Source: Felis catus
Lineage: Eukaryota
Length of the DNA stretch: 64,000 nt
NCBI RefSeq assembly: GCF_018350175.1
Contig: NC_058368.1
Location: 16,184,001 to 16,248,000 of the forward strand
Reading direction: 5' to 3'
This document shows, piece by piece, positions 48,953-62,216 of the stretch (position 1 is its first letter; each line of letters opens with the position of its first letter). The position numbers and the translations under genes are program-made. A model generated the notes under the pieces. That model searched no databases and had not been told where the DNA came from. It was given only the letters and a program-made list of their open reading frames with translations.

Positions 48953-49455
48953 TGTGAGAAGAGAGATGATTCATTTTCAGAAGTACCAAATAAAAGCTGT
49001 GTGTCTGATTGGCTATTTGTTTACAATTTATCAGAAAATGTATAAAACCCCTCCCCCACCCACAATGGCGTCCCAAACCCTTAGACGCGTCACTTCCTGG
49101 TTCTTCCCCTCTCGTTTCAAGGGCTTAGTTTCCCAAGCTTCGCAATGAGCATGCGCCAAAGAACTGAAGCCTCCGCCGTCAGGTGAAGGAACGTACATTT
49201 GTTCCAGTCAGACTACTTTTTGCCTTACACGGGCAGCGGCCACGCCAGGGTAAGGCTGTAACCTCTGTAGTTCTCAGCCAGTGAGGAATCAGGAGCGGGG
49301 ACTCGCATGCTAGGAAATAAATTCTCTGCTGTAACCACCCCGAGTGTGCCTGTCCGTCAGACACTTGCTCCTGCAAGAATCATTAAAGCTTCACTCACTG
49401 TACTCCTCCTCTCCCTGGCCCTCCTTTGATTGGGTCGGCTGGCTTGGTTCTCACA
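48953..49455 (+). mobile_element. Old ERV1-class solo LTR (MER90-like)
   Basis: 8-bp terminal inverted repeat TGTGAGAA...TTCTCACA; 'gtgtgcctgtccgtcagacac...tgcaaga' R region; ATTAAA at 49382-49387. Confidence 0.72.
49005..49256. promoter_or_regulatory. Promoter-like motif cluster inside the LTR
   Basis: CTGATTGGCT (NF-Y), TATAAAA, CCCCTCCCCC (Sp/KLF), AATGGCG (YY1), GCGTCACTTCC (ETS/half-CRE), GCATGCGC (NRF1-like); locally CpG-rich. Confidence 0.5.
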
Positions 49456-49929
49456 CTGGTTTACTGCTAAAATTCTTTTACATGTTCAGCAGCATTTGGT
49501 GTGAAGTGTGAGTGTGCCTTCCTTGGTCTGCAGTCCTTCTCTCCCTAGGAAGTCCTGTGCAGGCCGAAATTTCTGCCTCCTTAAATAGGTAGCTGGATCT
49601 GAGCTGTATTTCTAGCCCGAAGTTGCCCCTCCCGTTGCCATTAAGTCTTTCTAAATGTTTCCCCAATCCTGGGGAAACTCGAAGAGGGAGGGGAATGTTG
49701 GCTCTAAATGATTGTTTCTGTAGTTTTGCAATTAAATATATTAATCTAATACCTGCTGTTTTTCTTCATGGTATTCACACTGGATCAGACCACAGTTTAC
49801 ATTTTCCATCAGCAACTTTGAATTTTTCCTTGTACTTGAAGGAGGTAGTGTTTATGCTCTACTCAAATCATGTGGAGAGCAAGGATTAAAATAGACCGCT
49901 GCTCAAGCCAGGAACAAGTTGCAAATTAG

Positions 49930-50140
49930 AGGCAGTATAATATAGTTAAGACCGTGGACCATGGGACCTATTATCTTAGTTTAAATCCCAATTGATCTCG
50001 GACACACAGTTTGCTCATTTGTCAGTGGGAATAATAATACTATGTACGTACTTCACAGGATTGTTATGAAAGTGAAATTAGTTGTCACATGTGAATCGCT
50101 TAGAGAATTGCTTGGCATGGGGCAAGCCCTATTAGTAAGG
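49930..50140 (+). mobile_element. MIR
   Basis: 'cagtttgctcatttgtcagtgggaataataatac...ttcacaggattgttatgaa...cttagagaattgcttggcat'. Confidence 0.8.
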
Positions 50141-51039
50141 CAGGATTATAGTCTGAATTAGGTGAATGGCAGTCCTGAGCTAAGACAAAAGTTTAAGTTA
50201 TTATAGAGGAGTTAAAATTTGTAACTGACTTCTTGGTTATCTCTGATCACTTTCATCAATGACAAAATATTCAGTATGACACCAAATAGAAAACTAACTT
50301 TAATTAAAAATGTGATCTCATATAAATAAATGGAATATTGAATGTCCATTTGGGCTAGGAATTCTATAATTGACATTTTAAGTTTCCTCTTCTGTGAACT
50401 GCTTTTTCAAATCCTTAGTAAAGTTTCTATTCTATGTTCTCTTTTTATCACTGGTTTATAGGATTTCTTGGTATACTCTGCATATTATGGGAGACCCTCC
50501 ACATTTCTGACCTAATTTTTCCACGTGGTGAGGTGTCCACAGAGTTGACATTCTTGGTCAAGTGCAGGACACTTAATGCAGGTCTGCTCTGTGCTATATA
50601 GCAAGGTCCCTGTCCTTATGGGAGAGACCCATATTTGCCCAGCTCTGCCAGCACCAGGTGGGTAATTCTAATTCAGAATGAAGTATTAAAAAGTATTTAA
50701 AAACTCATGTGACTGCAGATCTAAAAACATGTATCCTTTATTATTCTGGATCATGATAAAAAAAAAATAGATGGGGACTATGGTCTTTCTTGAGAGTTAA
50801 TGACCATTATAGGGATATGGACAGGCTAGGGAAATCACTGAGGCCTGGGTAATACTGCAGGGATTTTAAGCACAGGAACCATTACTACAGCAAGACCTGA
50901 AAGGAGAGAGATGGACAGTAGATGTAGAAAGAATGCCTGGTAGGAGCTATGTAGATGCAGGGGACAAAGTGCTATTTATTATACTAACTTTGCAAGGTAA
51001 TGCCAGTTTAGATATATTCTAGTATATTCCAACCTGAAA

Positions 51040-54000
51040 TCTGAAATGCTAGTCACCATTCTTCCCATAAATTATCAGGGAAAGAAAGGGAGGAAAAATC
51101 AAGTGGTTGGAGAGCAGAAAGTTGTTTTAGACCTGCTTCTGTAACTGTTTATGAGGCTTAAGTTGAGACTTCTACTTCTTCCATCACCATGTTCCCCTTA
51201 CTGTCTGTCAACACCTTGGCCAGGTGGAATTCTTAATCTAATGTGTCCCAAACCTTCAATTATGCTAGATTTAAATGTTTGGTGATCCTATATTCATTGT
51301 GTTGGCTGTGATCATTGACTGTGATCATTGGTCAAGTGAGTATTAAGGGATATTGCAACAAATTTCCTGTGTTTCAGAGATTGTCTTTTTTTTTCCTTAA
51401 CACAATTTCTTATTTGTGATTGGGATCAGTTAACCCAACCAGTACATTGATCCCTTTCTTTGCTGTTTGGAAGACAACTTACAGAGGCATGAAAAGCCCC
51501 AAATGACTAAAGCATCCAGTTTAACAGATGCATGAATATATTTTCACAGTTCTTCCTGGGCACCAGGACCTCCAAACCACAGATTCAAGTCCATGGGAAA
51601 AGAAGAAAATATTGGTTTACTCCTTGGTTCCCAGACCAGTGGCTGTGGAGAGTTGACACATATATAGGCTATTGGTCTAAGGTATATATTGCATTTTCTA
51701 GGATAGCACTAACCTCGATGACTTTTATTTTTCAATTTGTTACATGATTGAGTCTTCAAAAGGTATCTACTGTTCAGTGAGTCATTTTCTTCTGGGAGAT
51801 GGGACTTGTGGTTAAGATTAGTGAATCCAATGAGCATGAGTCCATTGTGTCACCTCCTTCACTCTGTGTCTTTATTCAGAGGTGATTGTTGTGTGGAGTA
51901 ACTTAGCAATGGATGGATAAGATATTCTGTAAGTCCTGCTGGTAAGGAAGGGAAATATGGCTTAAAATATCTGTATATTCCTGGGAGGATAAATTGCTAT
52001 TTGTAGTATAATAGAACTGAGCCATTATATCAAACTGCCACTAGGTGATCAACCATTCCCCCCAGAGGTAGTTACTCAGCATTAGCCTGTTTCTTAGAAG
52101 ATTGGGCACTCAGCAGCAGTAGTAGCCAAATCAGCTTTGAGGAGAGAAAGTGTAATATGGCTCAACAATATGTTAAGCCCATGCATAATCCAATCCCTGC
52201 TACCAAAGGTCTTTATACACGAACTCATTGAGGAAAAGAAGCTTCCATAGCATGATTCATGATATACATCATCTTCTCATCATAATAGACAATCTCCTTT
52301 GCAGTGAACATAGGAACTTCATACTCTGCATGCATTTAGAAGGATATACTATATAACTTTTATCACCAATTTTTTAATCTTGTGCTTTCCAAGTCTCTGA
52401 CCCTGAAACAGGATTGGTCTGTACCTCAGACTATGTTTACTTCCACACAAAGTGTACAACCAGATGTTGGATCCTGGAGTTCTTCCCATAGGAAATACTT
52501 CCTTCATTAATATCTTTCAGAGGTACCATTTGAGGGCTGTAATATTGTATCATTCACTTTTGAGTAGTTCTAGCAAATCCATTGCTAAGTAGGCCCATTC
52601 TTTTTCCATCTTTTTAAAATGGAGCTTCCAATGAGATGGTATAGATATTCTGAGGAATTGGTGAAAAAGCAGTACAAATAGGTATTATGGGAGTCTGAGC
52701 TAGCTGCTTGTGAAGTCTGAGCTAGGTGCTAGTGATTTATGAATCTTCTAGGATTCAGTCTTAAATATATTGTTTCCATTTTATAATGGAATTCTGCTGT
52801 GCATGTCCAATTTTGTGATTCGATAGATTATAGAACACCTTGCTCAGGATGGGCAGTCTGTGTTGCATGTCATAGAGCCAGGTGTTTAGTTCTTACTAAG
52901 GCTCAGCAGCAAGCCTTTCAAGTAGAGAATATTGTAAGTGAAAGAAGGCATGACTTTATTCCAAAACTTTGGGGTATATGTTACTATTTTTCATTGAAAT
53001 TTGCCAAAGATTCCATGTATCGTGTCTGTTGATCATAAACTTTTCCAAAACCATTGGGTCTGCCAGTTATAACCTTGCCCCTTACACAGTTCATAGACAA
53101 ATAATACTCAATATGTCCTCCCATGCATCGTACTAAGTAATGTAACTAGAACACTTGTTATTTCTTGCTCACCAGGATCAATTAGTTAAATGTCATCAAT
53201 GTTACAGTTTTATGTAATGCTTTATGGAATATTGTAGGGACCAAAGTACTTCTAGATTATATTATGATGGAAAGCAGGGACACTGATATAACCTTGAGGA
53301 AAAGCCTTAAAGATTTACTCTTATCCTTGCCACAGGATGGCAAATTCTTCAAAATTATCAGATTATCTTTTCTGGTAAAGACGGGAGTTGGATGGAGGAA
53401 GGCTTTTCTAAGTCAATATCTTCATACCATGAGATAGGACCTTGTTGATATGCTCTAGTAAAGATACCACAACTGTCATCATGACCTGATTATCTTTGGT
53501 GAAGTCTGTATGAGGCTATTTTCTAAGAGCCCTGTTGCTCTTGCATAGGCCAAAATGGGCTCCCAAAATGGCCAAATGGCCCTTCCCATGTGGGTCATGG
53601 GACGAGTATGCAAGTCTTTCAGTTACTAAATGTTTTATTTCCACTATATATTCTCAGACTAGGAAAATAACCTTCTGTGAGACAGATTCAAGCTAAAATT
53701 CTGTCATCTACCCTTCTTACTATGCACTGTGACAGGATGAGTGTGAAAGTTTGGAAGCTTTCCTTCCATTTCTATTTTTTGGAACAGCTTGAGAAGGATA
53801 AGTATTAACTGTGCTTTAAATGTCTGGTAGAATTCCCCTGGGAAGCCATCTGGCCCAGGACTCTTATTTGTTGGGAGATTTTTGATAACTCTTTCAATTT
53901 CTTCACTGGTTATGGGTCTGTTCAAATTTTCTATTTCTTCCCATTTGAGTTTTGGTAGTGTGTGGGTGTCTAGGAATTTGTCCATTTCTTCGAGGTTTTC

Positions 54001-54580
54001 CAGTTTGTTGGCATATAATTTTTCATAGTATTCTCTAATAGTTGTTTGTATTTCTGTGGTGTTGCTTGTGATCTCTCCTCTTTCATTTGTGATTTTATCT
54101 ATTTGGGTTCTCTTTTCTTGAGAAGTCTTGCTAGGGGTTTATCAATTTTTTTTTTTCTTTTCAGAAAACCAGCTCTTAGATTCATCGATCTATTCTACTG
54201 TTTTTCCAGATTCTATATTGTTTATTTCTGCTCTAATCTTTATTATTTCTCTTCTTCAGCTGGATTTGGGCTTTCTTTGTTGTTCTACTTCTAGTTCCTT
54301 TACGTGTGTGTTTAGGTTTTGTATTTGAGATTTTTCTTATTTCTTGCAATAGGCCTGGATTGCAGTGTATTTTCCTCTTAGGACTACCTTTGCTGTACCT
54401 TAAAGGGTTTGGACTGTCGTGTTTTCATTTTCATTTGTTTCCATATATTTTTTAATTTCTTTTTTAATTTCCTGGTTGATCCATTCCAAGTCTTCTGGCC
54501 TCACTATGGCTGTACTTGATTGACAAGGGAACTTGGGGTCCCCCTACTTCTCTACCATGTTGACACATGCCACTTGTTGC
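51040..54580 (-). mobile_element. ERV-L internal region (decayed pol), interrupted by an L1 fragment
   Basis: Minus strand 51422-51508 reads SHLGLFMPL*VVFQTAKKGINVLVGLTDP (ERV-L dUTPase-like GHFGLLMP..AKKGVTVLAGVIDP); KVW...KGN...QLQK C-terminus near 51130-51260. Confidence 0.78.
53747..54486 (-). mobile_element. Internal carnivore L1 ORF2 fragment lacking 3' end and poly(A)
   Basis: ORF 53704-53985 [46 protein letters not shown] is L1 ORF2 pre-RT region. Confidence 0.93.
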
Positions 54581-54878
54581 TCTTTTATAACCACATCCAT
54601 TTGTTTTCTCTCTCTCTTCTTCCTGTTTGTTCTGTCCTTAAATTTGGGGAACCACTAATTTTTTTCTCTATTCCTATAATTTTGTCTTTCAAGAAGGCTA
54701 TACAAATGGAGTTGTATCACATGTGGCTATTTGTTACTGTCTGTTTCACTCAGGATAATTATCTGGAGATCCATTCATGGTGTTGCATGGATCAATAGTT
54801 TGTTCTTATTTCTTGCTGACCATTGGTGAATATTCCATGGCATGGATATACCATATTTGTTTAAATACTCACTGTTGA

Positions 54879-55090
54879 GGGGTGCCTGGGTGGCTCAGTG
54901 AGTTAAGTGTCCAACTTCAGCTCAGGTCATTATCTCGCAGTTCATGGGTTCAAGCCCCACGTAAGGCTCTGTGCTGACAGCTCAGAGCCTGGAGTCTGGT
55001 TCAGATTCTCTGTCTCCCTCTCTCTCTCTGACCCTCCCCTGCTTGCACTCTAGCTTTCTCTTTCAAAAAATAAATAAACATTTAAAAAAT
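54879..55090 (+). mobile_element. Feliform CAN-SINE
   Basis: Full body; 19-bp TSD tttaaatactcactgttga (54860-54878, 55091-55109). Confidence 0.96.
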
Positions 55091-55775
55091 TTTAAATACT
55101 CACTGTTGAAGGACACCAGATTATTTCTGGTTTTTCAGTATTATGAATAAAAGTGCTATGAACATTCATGTACATGTTTTTGTGTGAGCATAACTTTTTA
55201 TTTCTCTAGAGTGGCAAGCCAGATGGCAATTTTTAGATTGTATGGTAGTTGCATACTAAATCTTTAAGCAACTGTCCAATGGTTTTCCAGAGTAGCTTTA
55301 TTATTATATATCTCACCATCAATGTATGAATGATCCAGTCTTTCTTCAATCCTGCCAGCCTTTGATGTTTCACTATTTTTTATTTTAGCCATTCTGCTAG
55401 GTGTATGGTGATACCTCATTGAGGTCTTAATTTACATTTCCCTGATGGCTAATGATGTTGAATATCTTTTTATGTACTTATTTGCCATCTGTATATCTTC
55501 TTTGGTCAAGTGTCTCTTCAGAAATTGTTTTGCCTATTTTCCAATTTGATTATTTGTCTTTTCACTTTTGAGATTTGAGACTTCTTTATGTATTTCGGAT
55601 ACTACTCCTTTGTCAGATACATGGTTTTCAAATATTTTCTCTCTGTAGTTTCTCTTTTTACCTTCTTAACAGGGTCTTTCTTGGAGCGAAAGTTTTAAAT
55701 TTTCGTAATGATTAATTTATCAATTTTTCCTCATATGGATCATGCTTTTGTTGTCACGTCTAAAAACCTTTTTTT

Positions 55776-55887
55776 ATAGAATTGTTGAATCACTGTGTTG
55801 TACACCTGACATTGTACGCACATTGTACATACATTGTATGTCCACTATACTTCAATATAATGAATAATAATAATAATAATAATAATA
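55776..55887 (+). mobile_element. Short carnivore L1 3' end with (AAT)n tail
   Basis: 'gaattgttgaatcactgtgttgtacacctga...actatacttcaat' plus AAT array; internal acattgta triplication. Confidence 0.78.
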
Positions 55888-56702
55888 GCCTTCGCCTAGT
55901 CCTAGATCCAAAAGATTTTTCTGCATAGTTTTTTTCCCTAGAATTTTTATAGTTTTACATTAATTTCATCATCAGTTTTGAGTTAATTTTACATGAAACA
56001 GGAGATTTAGGTCCAGGTTCACTTTCTTGCCTATGGATATCTAATTACCCCAGGACCATCTATTGAAAGACTATCTTTCTTCTATTAAATTGTTTCTGAG
56101 CATTTGTCAAAAATCAGTTGGGCATATTTTTGAGGATCTATTTCTAGGTTCTCTGTGTTGATTCATTGATCTGTGTATCCATTCTCCACCAATAATACAA
56201 CACATTCTTAATTATTATGGTTATATAATGTCTTGAAATTGAGTACACAGATACTTCTCACTTTATTCTACCTTTTCAAAATTATTTAGATATTCCAGTT
56301 TCTTGACCTTTCCACATAAATTTTAGAATAATCTTGCCTATATGCACAAAAAATCTTGCGGTGAATTTGATAAGAATTGCATTAAGCATTAACTAAAGAG
56401 AATAGACATCTTTACTATGTTGAATTTTGTAATCTATGAACAGAATGTATCTATTTATTTACATATTCCTTGATTTTTTCATCAACGTTGTAGTTTTTAA
56501 GTCCTATATACATTTTGTAAGATTTACAACTATTTTGTAATTTTCTAATTTTGTATCTGAATTATTCATTTTAGCTTTCTATAATGTTATGACAAATCAC
56601 CCCTGTTTTCCAGTATGTAGACATAGCTATAACATCTTAGAGATAAAACTTCTTGAGTCTTAAAAATAAAAAGTCTAAAAAATAAGACATCCCCACCACT
56701 GC

Positions 56703-56930
56703 TTTTTTTATTTAAAGAAATTTATTTTTTGAGAGAGAGAGAGAGAGAAAGAAAGAGACAGAGTGTGACTGGGGGAGGGGGAGAGAGAGAGGGAGACACA
56801 GAATGAGAAGCAGGCTCCAGGCTCTGAACTGTCAACACAGAGTCTGACACAGGGCTCAAACTCACGAACTACGAGATCATGACCTGAGTTGTAGTCAGAC
56901 ACTAAACCAACTGAGCCACCCAAGTGTTCC
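56703..56930 (-). mobile_element. Feliform CAN-SINE
   Basis: Full body, T tail, (GA)n tract. Confidence 0.94.
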
Positions 56931-57415
56931 TCCCTACCCCTATATTTTAAAGTGGGTAGCTGGCACACATTTCCAAAGCATCTGAATAGTATTTGAACAC
57001 TGTATTATTGTCTTATTATTTATCACAGTGTTCTCTCCTGTTATCATTTAGGAAAAACACCCTTATTTAATGTTTTTTAAAATGGGGTTATTAAACTGAT
57101 TTGTTTTCTTTATTTTAAAGTATGTAACAAAATTATGATTTAAGAAAATTTCTGTATGAATCATACATTTCCCCCCCAAATTTTATTAGCTAATTTAAAA
57201 TATTTCCCACATCTTTGAGACCGGGAAATGACTAACAGCTAACATTTCTAAATTAGGGCCTCTATCCTGAATCAAAATAGAAATTTGAATGTTTGCTACT
57301 TCAGGCATTTTTTTTTGCTGACTAAAGAGCATGTGAAAATCATATTAAAGAATCTTGCTAAATTAATTCATTCCATTGAGAATACTATTTGTCTTTTAAG
57401 AACAAAAATTTGCTG

Positions 57416-57626
57416 AGGCGCCTGGGTGGCCCAGTTGGTTAAGTGTCCTACTTTGGCTCAAGCCATGATTTCAGGGTTCATGAGTTTGGGCCCCGCGTCA
57501 GGCTCTGTGCTGACAGCTCAGAGCCTGGATCCTGCTTCTGATTCTGTGTCTCCCTCCCCTCAGCTCCTCTTTTGCTCACACTCTCTCTCTCAAAAATAAA
57601 TAAAGATTTAAAAAAAATTTTAAAAA
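57416..57626 (+). mobile_element. Feliform CAN-SINE
   Basis: Full body; TSD aagaacaaaaa(t/a)ttgctg (57398-57415, 57627-57644). Confidence 0.95.
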
Positions 57627-58389
57627 AAGAACAAAAAATTGCTGTTAATTATTATTCACTTTTTCTCTTATTCTTTTGGGATGTTATAGTCAGAAGTTGA
57701 ACACGCAGAGGAAGTTCTATTTATTGTGAATTTCATTATCTGTTTCAAAGTTCAAATTGTCTTTTAAGTGGTGTCCTGGATATGTTAATGCAGACAAAAT
57801 GCTCACTAACAGTTGGATTTTTATTAATTAAACATCAAAACAACAACAGAAGTCCTGCCCATTCTTGGAGTACCTTATGGTTTCTCTTGGTGTGTTTAAG
57901 GATAGATAAGGTATAACATTAAGCTTTTCCTCTTCATTTTTAGCAAAAATATTTCCAATAACATAGACATATTACACATTTCCTGAATTTTTCTGATTCC
58001 TTAAAAGTTGATTAAATCAAACTTTTCTGACATTATATTGGAAATGAAAGAGTGAAATTTGCACACACAAAAAAAGAAATTTGCAGAATTAATTATTGGA
58101 AAGGTCTTTTTATTTAGTTCATTAGGGCAAGGTTGATATATTTAAACCTGAAAAACAGTGGTAAATTGCCAGTATTGTCAGCTTGACTGCTAAAAAAAAA
58201 TTTCTAATCCAAGAATATGGGTTACTAACCATTGGTATTATAATAATTTTGATTTATTTTTCTTGCTCTGAAAAAATAAGCACAATTTATACTAAAACTT
58301 TAGATCAGAATAACTGGTTTATTCCATGAGAATACAAACAAAGGGAAGAGGAAAGCAACAAATACATTTTTATTTTAAGTAGATTGATT

Positions 58390-58570
58390 AGGGAACAGCA
58401 AATCAGACAGACTTGTCATTTACTGAATGTGAATTTGAGCAATTTAACAGTGTTCCTGTGTGTAAAATGTACTAACAATACTTTCACAAAGGTTGTTGAG
58501 GTGACTAATCAAGGCAGTGTATTTGGCTATTAGAGTATGCTCATTTTATCTGGTATGATTGCTATTTCCA
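58390..58570 (+). mobile_element. MIR relic
   Basis: 'tgtgaatttgagcaatttaac...tgtaaaatg...ctttcacaaaggttgttgagg'. Confidence 0.6.
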
Positions 58571-58882
58571 TGTAAACTTAATGATTAGCTGAGTTTCTTT
58601 TTTTTTTCCTCCTTCTGGTGACTTATACTACAGTAAAAAAATTGGTAAATTCCTTGTATGTTTTCTCTTGCTCAGTCAAAACACATTGTAATTAGTGTGA
58701 TTAAAAAAACTAATATAAGTGTAATCTGTTAAAGCTGATCTGAAGAAAAGTGAAGAATTTCTAAGATCTTAAAAAATCCCATTTTTTATTTTAGGGAGAA
58801 TTGATTTCTGAAATTTGGATAAATATAGCAAGGCCATAAAACCTATGGCCCACAAATCCTTTATTTTACTTTTGTGTATCTT

Positions 58883-59095
58883 AAAAAAAATTTTTTTTAA
58901 GTTTATTTGTCTCAAGAGAGAGAGTGTGAGCAGGGAGGGGAGGGACAGAGAAAGAGGGAGAAAGAGAATTCGAAGCAGGCTCTGTGCTCTCAGTGCAGAA
59001 CCCAACGCAGGGCTCAATCTCATGAACCATGAGATTATGACCTGAGCAGAAATCGAAAGTTGGAGGCTTAACTGACTGAGCCACCCAGGTGCCCC
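58883..59095 (-). mobile_element. CAN-SINE
   Basis: Full body; 16-bp TSD tacttttgtgtatctt (58867-58882, 59096-59111). Confidence 0.95.
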
Positions 59096-59539
59096 TACTT
59101 TTGTGTATCTTTATGTTAGGGTTACCTGTGCCTAATAAAATGTGAGCTTATAAAACTTTGATCAAATGCCATCAGAGCATATAACTCTATTTATGGCTCC
59201 AGATTCTGGTTTGCTCCAGGACCACTGTGTTCCTGCCAATCAAAGAACATGACTCCATTATAGAAAAGAGCAGAGGAGCCGCACCCTAGTGTTTGCAGTT
59301 GTGCATATAGGGTCAGATTCAAATCAGCAAACACCGTCAATGGAAATGAATTGATACACCAAATTTCTTGCACCACATTTTCATCTATTTGTAAATTAAA
59401 GTTTGTTCTAACCAACTAAGAAAAGTCACCAAGTGTTAACTATCATTAAAGGTGACAGCCTACACTGACAATATTTATATTTTACTAATAGTTTTCACAC
59501 ACACCCCCATGCTCAAGTCCAATTGAGTGAGTCAGTGTT

Positions 59540-59800
59540 CCCTCATGTACTCCCACCTCCAAGCCCCTACACATGCTGTGACTTTTGTCCAGAATGCCCT
59601 TCTCCACCCCATTCCCACCAAGCCTATCCTTCCCTGTCTCAGCCACCTCTACCCCCTTCTAAAATTGTACACAACATTTCTCCGTTTAAATCTGACCTAT
59701 TCTTCAAAGACCAATTCAAGTATTAATTCCTTTGCAAAGCTTTTCTTGAATCCTACTTGCCACAAACATTTCTTCTTTCTCGGAGTTTCTGTGTCTCATA
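59540..59800 (+). mobile_element. L2 relic
   Basis: 'cacatgctgtgacttttgtccagaatgcccttc...cctattcttcaaagaccaattcaag'. Confidence 0.6.
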
Positions 59801-61450
59801 CCTTGCTGACATTGGCTTCCCTGGGACAGGAGGGTTTAGGGGGGAAGAGTGGTAGATAATCTGGGCAAGTGATATGATAGAGAGAGCTTTGAAAAGAGTG
59901 TGCTACAAGGATGGCAGAAATATAGTTTAGCTATTTCATGCAACTTTGCTTAAGGCTTAGGTGCAAAGTTCCATGGAAAACCATAGACCCTGTAGCCCCT
60001 GACACCTATGGAGTACATGCTCTAATGCTACACTGTTTCTAAAGACACTAAATTAATAGTGTTACCTGCATGTTTATCTGACAAGTATGATGATATAGCA
60101 CAAGTATGAGGTTGGTCAGACGTATTTATGATGGATTAACAAATAATGCTAATAATGTATCTAATTCAAGAAAATTATGTTACTCTAATAAAGCCACTTG
60201 TTAACTGGAAAAAAAAAAGATTCTGGTTTGCTTTGAGCCTTTAAGAAGTTATTTCATTAAATAAATGTAAACATTTTAAAGAGTGATGAGAGTAAATTTT
60301 CCTTTAAAGAGAACACCATAGTCTCTGAAGAGGAAAAGGGAAGGATTAGATTTCTAGCCCACTGGCCTTTGTTTTTGCATTAGGGTGGGACTGCCAAGAT
60401 CTGAAGAAGTAGTATTTAAGTGTTTTAGTTTCTGTTAACATTGTAATGAAAATAGAATACCATTTGATGACAGGAAACACCTCTTTGTACACCTTGTTTT
60501 CCAGATATATTTACCTAATCTCACCCCTTGCCAGGAGAGAGCAGTGAGCATGGAAATTTTGTCCTGCTTCTCATTTCTCGTGTTCCTTTCTATTTGTTGT
60601 ACCTCTTTCGGTTTTGCACGTTCCACACAGTTGGCATTTGGCAGCCAGAGGTACTTGGGAAGAATTCCTTCAAATTCTTTGCTTTTATACATCCGTTTGA
60701 CACACAGAGCAGAGAGCCCATAGCTTCATGTGACCAAATCAAGATGTCTAAATCTCCTTTGTTGTTAATAGCTTCTCTCACTGGCCCACTGGCCATCTAT
60801 TGTGATGGAGAACTTTATTTATATACGTAGTTTTGTGTTGACTTTAAGATCCATTGAGACTTTCTTTGCTGAGTATTTCAACTTCACATAAAGGATTCTG
60901 TTTTGCACTATAATTGTCTCTTCCCTGAAATAATTTGAATCACCATGAAAGCAAAGCTGGTATCTTACTATTATTATCCTGGCATGCCTAGCACTACTGC
61001 TGAATGTGTAGTTGGTTCTCAGTAAATTAAAATTTAATTGAGGGAAGACATGCTGTCTTGGCGGGATCTCCACTTATCAAGACCTAAACTATGCTGCCTA
61101 TGGAGTTATATGCAGCAAAGCACGTATCCAGTGCACAGGCTGTTGCAAGCAGAAGGCGGAGAGAGGGGTAATCCAATAATGCTCACATGGAAAAAATCCA
61201 ATAGCACTGACTTGAGTGCACATAAATATTCCTGTAGAGAGATGACAAGTAGGGAGGATTTCATTTGTGCTTACAGAAAACTTCTCCAAGATTAGCATAT
61301 GCAAAGATGCCCATAGCCCACCAACTATAGGAAATCCAGGACCGATCTTTTGGTTTAAAATTATATATTAAAGGTATGTGCAACTTATGAATGCATCGGT
61401 GACATTTCCTTCTTTTCATTTAACCCAATTGGTCTTCATTAGTGTCTTTT

Positions 61451-61678
61451 TTTTTTTTTTTTTAATTTTTTTTTTCAACATTTATTTATTTTTGGGACAG
61501 AGAGAAACAGAGCATGAACGGGGGAGGGGCAGAGAGAGAGGGAGACACAGAATCGGAAACAGGCTCCAGGCTCTGAGCCATCAGCTCAGAGCCTGATGCG
61601 GGGCTCGAACTCACGGACCGCGAGATTGTGACCTGGCTGAAGTCGGACACTTAACCGACTGCGCCACCCAGGCGCCCC
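61451..61678 (-). mobile_element. Young cat-type SINE (SINEC_Fc)
   Basis: Near-consensus; 16-bp TSD ttcattagtgtctttt (61435-61450, 61679-61694). Confidence 0.97.
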
Positions 61679-62216
61679 TTCATTAGTGTCTTTTAATTAG
61701 CTTACAAGGAATAGTGACATTCTATTTCTTACTCATTCTGTGAGGAGCAAGGACAGGATAAGAAAAATTACCCAGATTTCAGACTAAGTTACACAAGTCT
61801 CTGTGTGACACATTAGCAAACTCTGAGGATAAGTCTGGGAAACTTGAGGGAAAAAATCTTTTGGGAGAAAGATATCTTAGGTACACAAAATTTTAGATAA
61901 AGTAAGCAGATGAGCTAAGAAGTGGGTTTTTTTTTTCCATAAAAAATAAGAGATAAGGTATAACCTCCTATACCAAACTTAAGCTTTGGAGGAAGAAAGT
62001 AGTGGCTTAAATAGGAATGAATGATGCACCCAGCACTCTACTTTTGTGGAAAATCCACTGACTTGATCTGGAGGTATGTGTATATTTAAAAATATATGTT
62101 TCTTTCCCCAATCCCTGTTTTTCTTCTTTAAAATTTCTAATTTGCCATTCTTGTTTCAAATCAAATAGGTATGCTTCTGTTTCATCCTTTGTTCCCTTTC
62201 TTCTCATTGTTCTTAG

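Larger units (their letters stand above)
54590..56540 (-). mobile_element. Ancient L1 (L1MC/MD-like) 3'UTR plus ORF2 C-terminal part
   Basis: 'gtgctatgaacattcatgtaca', 'cctgatggctaatgatgttgaatatctttt', 'ttgtcaaaaatcagttggg'. Confidence 0.85.

Noticed and set aside
60435..60692. 85-aa minus-strand ORF (MYKSKEFEGILPKY...) with a nearby GTAAAT donor
   Set aside because: No recognisable homology, no convincing acceptor or promoter, and overlapping ORFs of similar size in other frames suggest chance.
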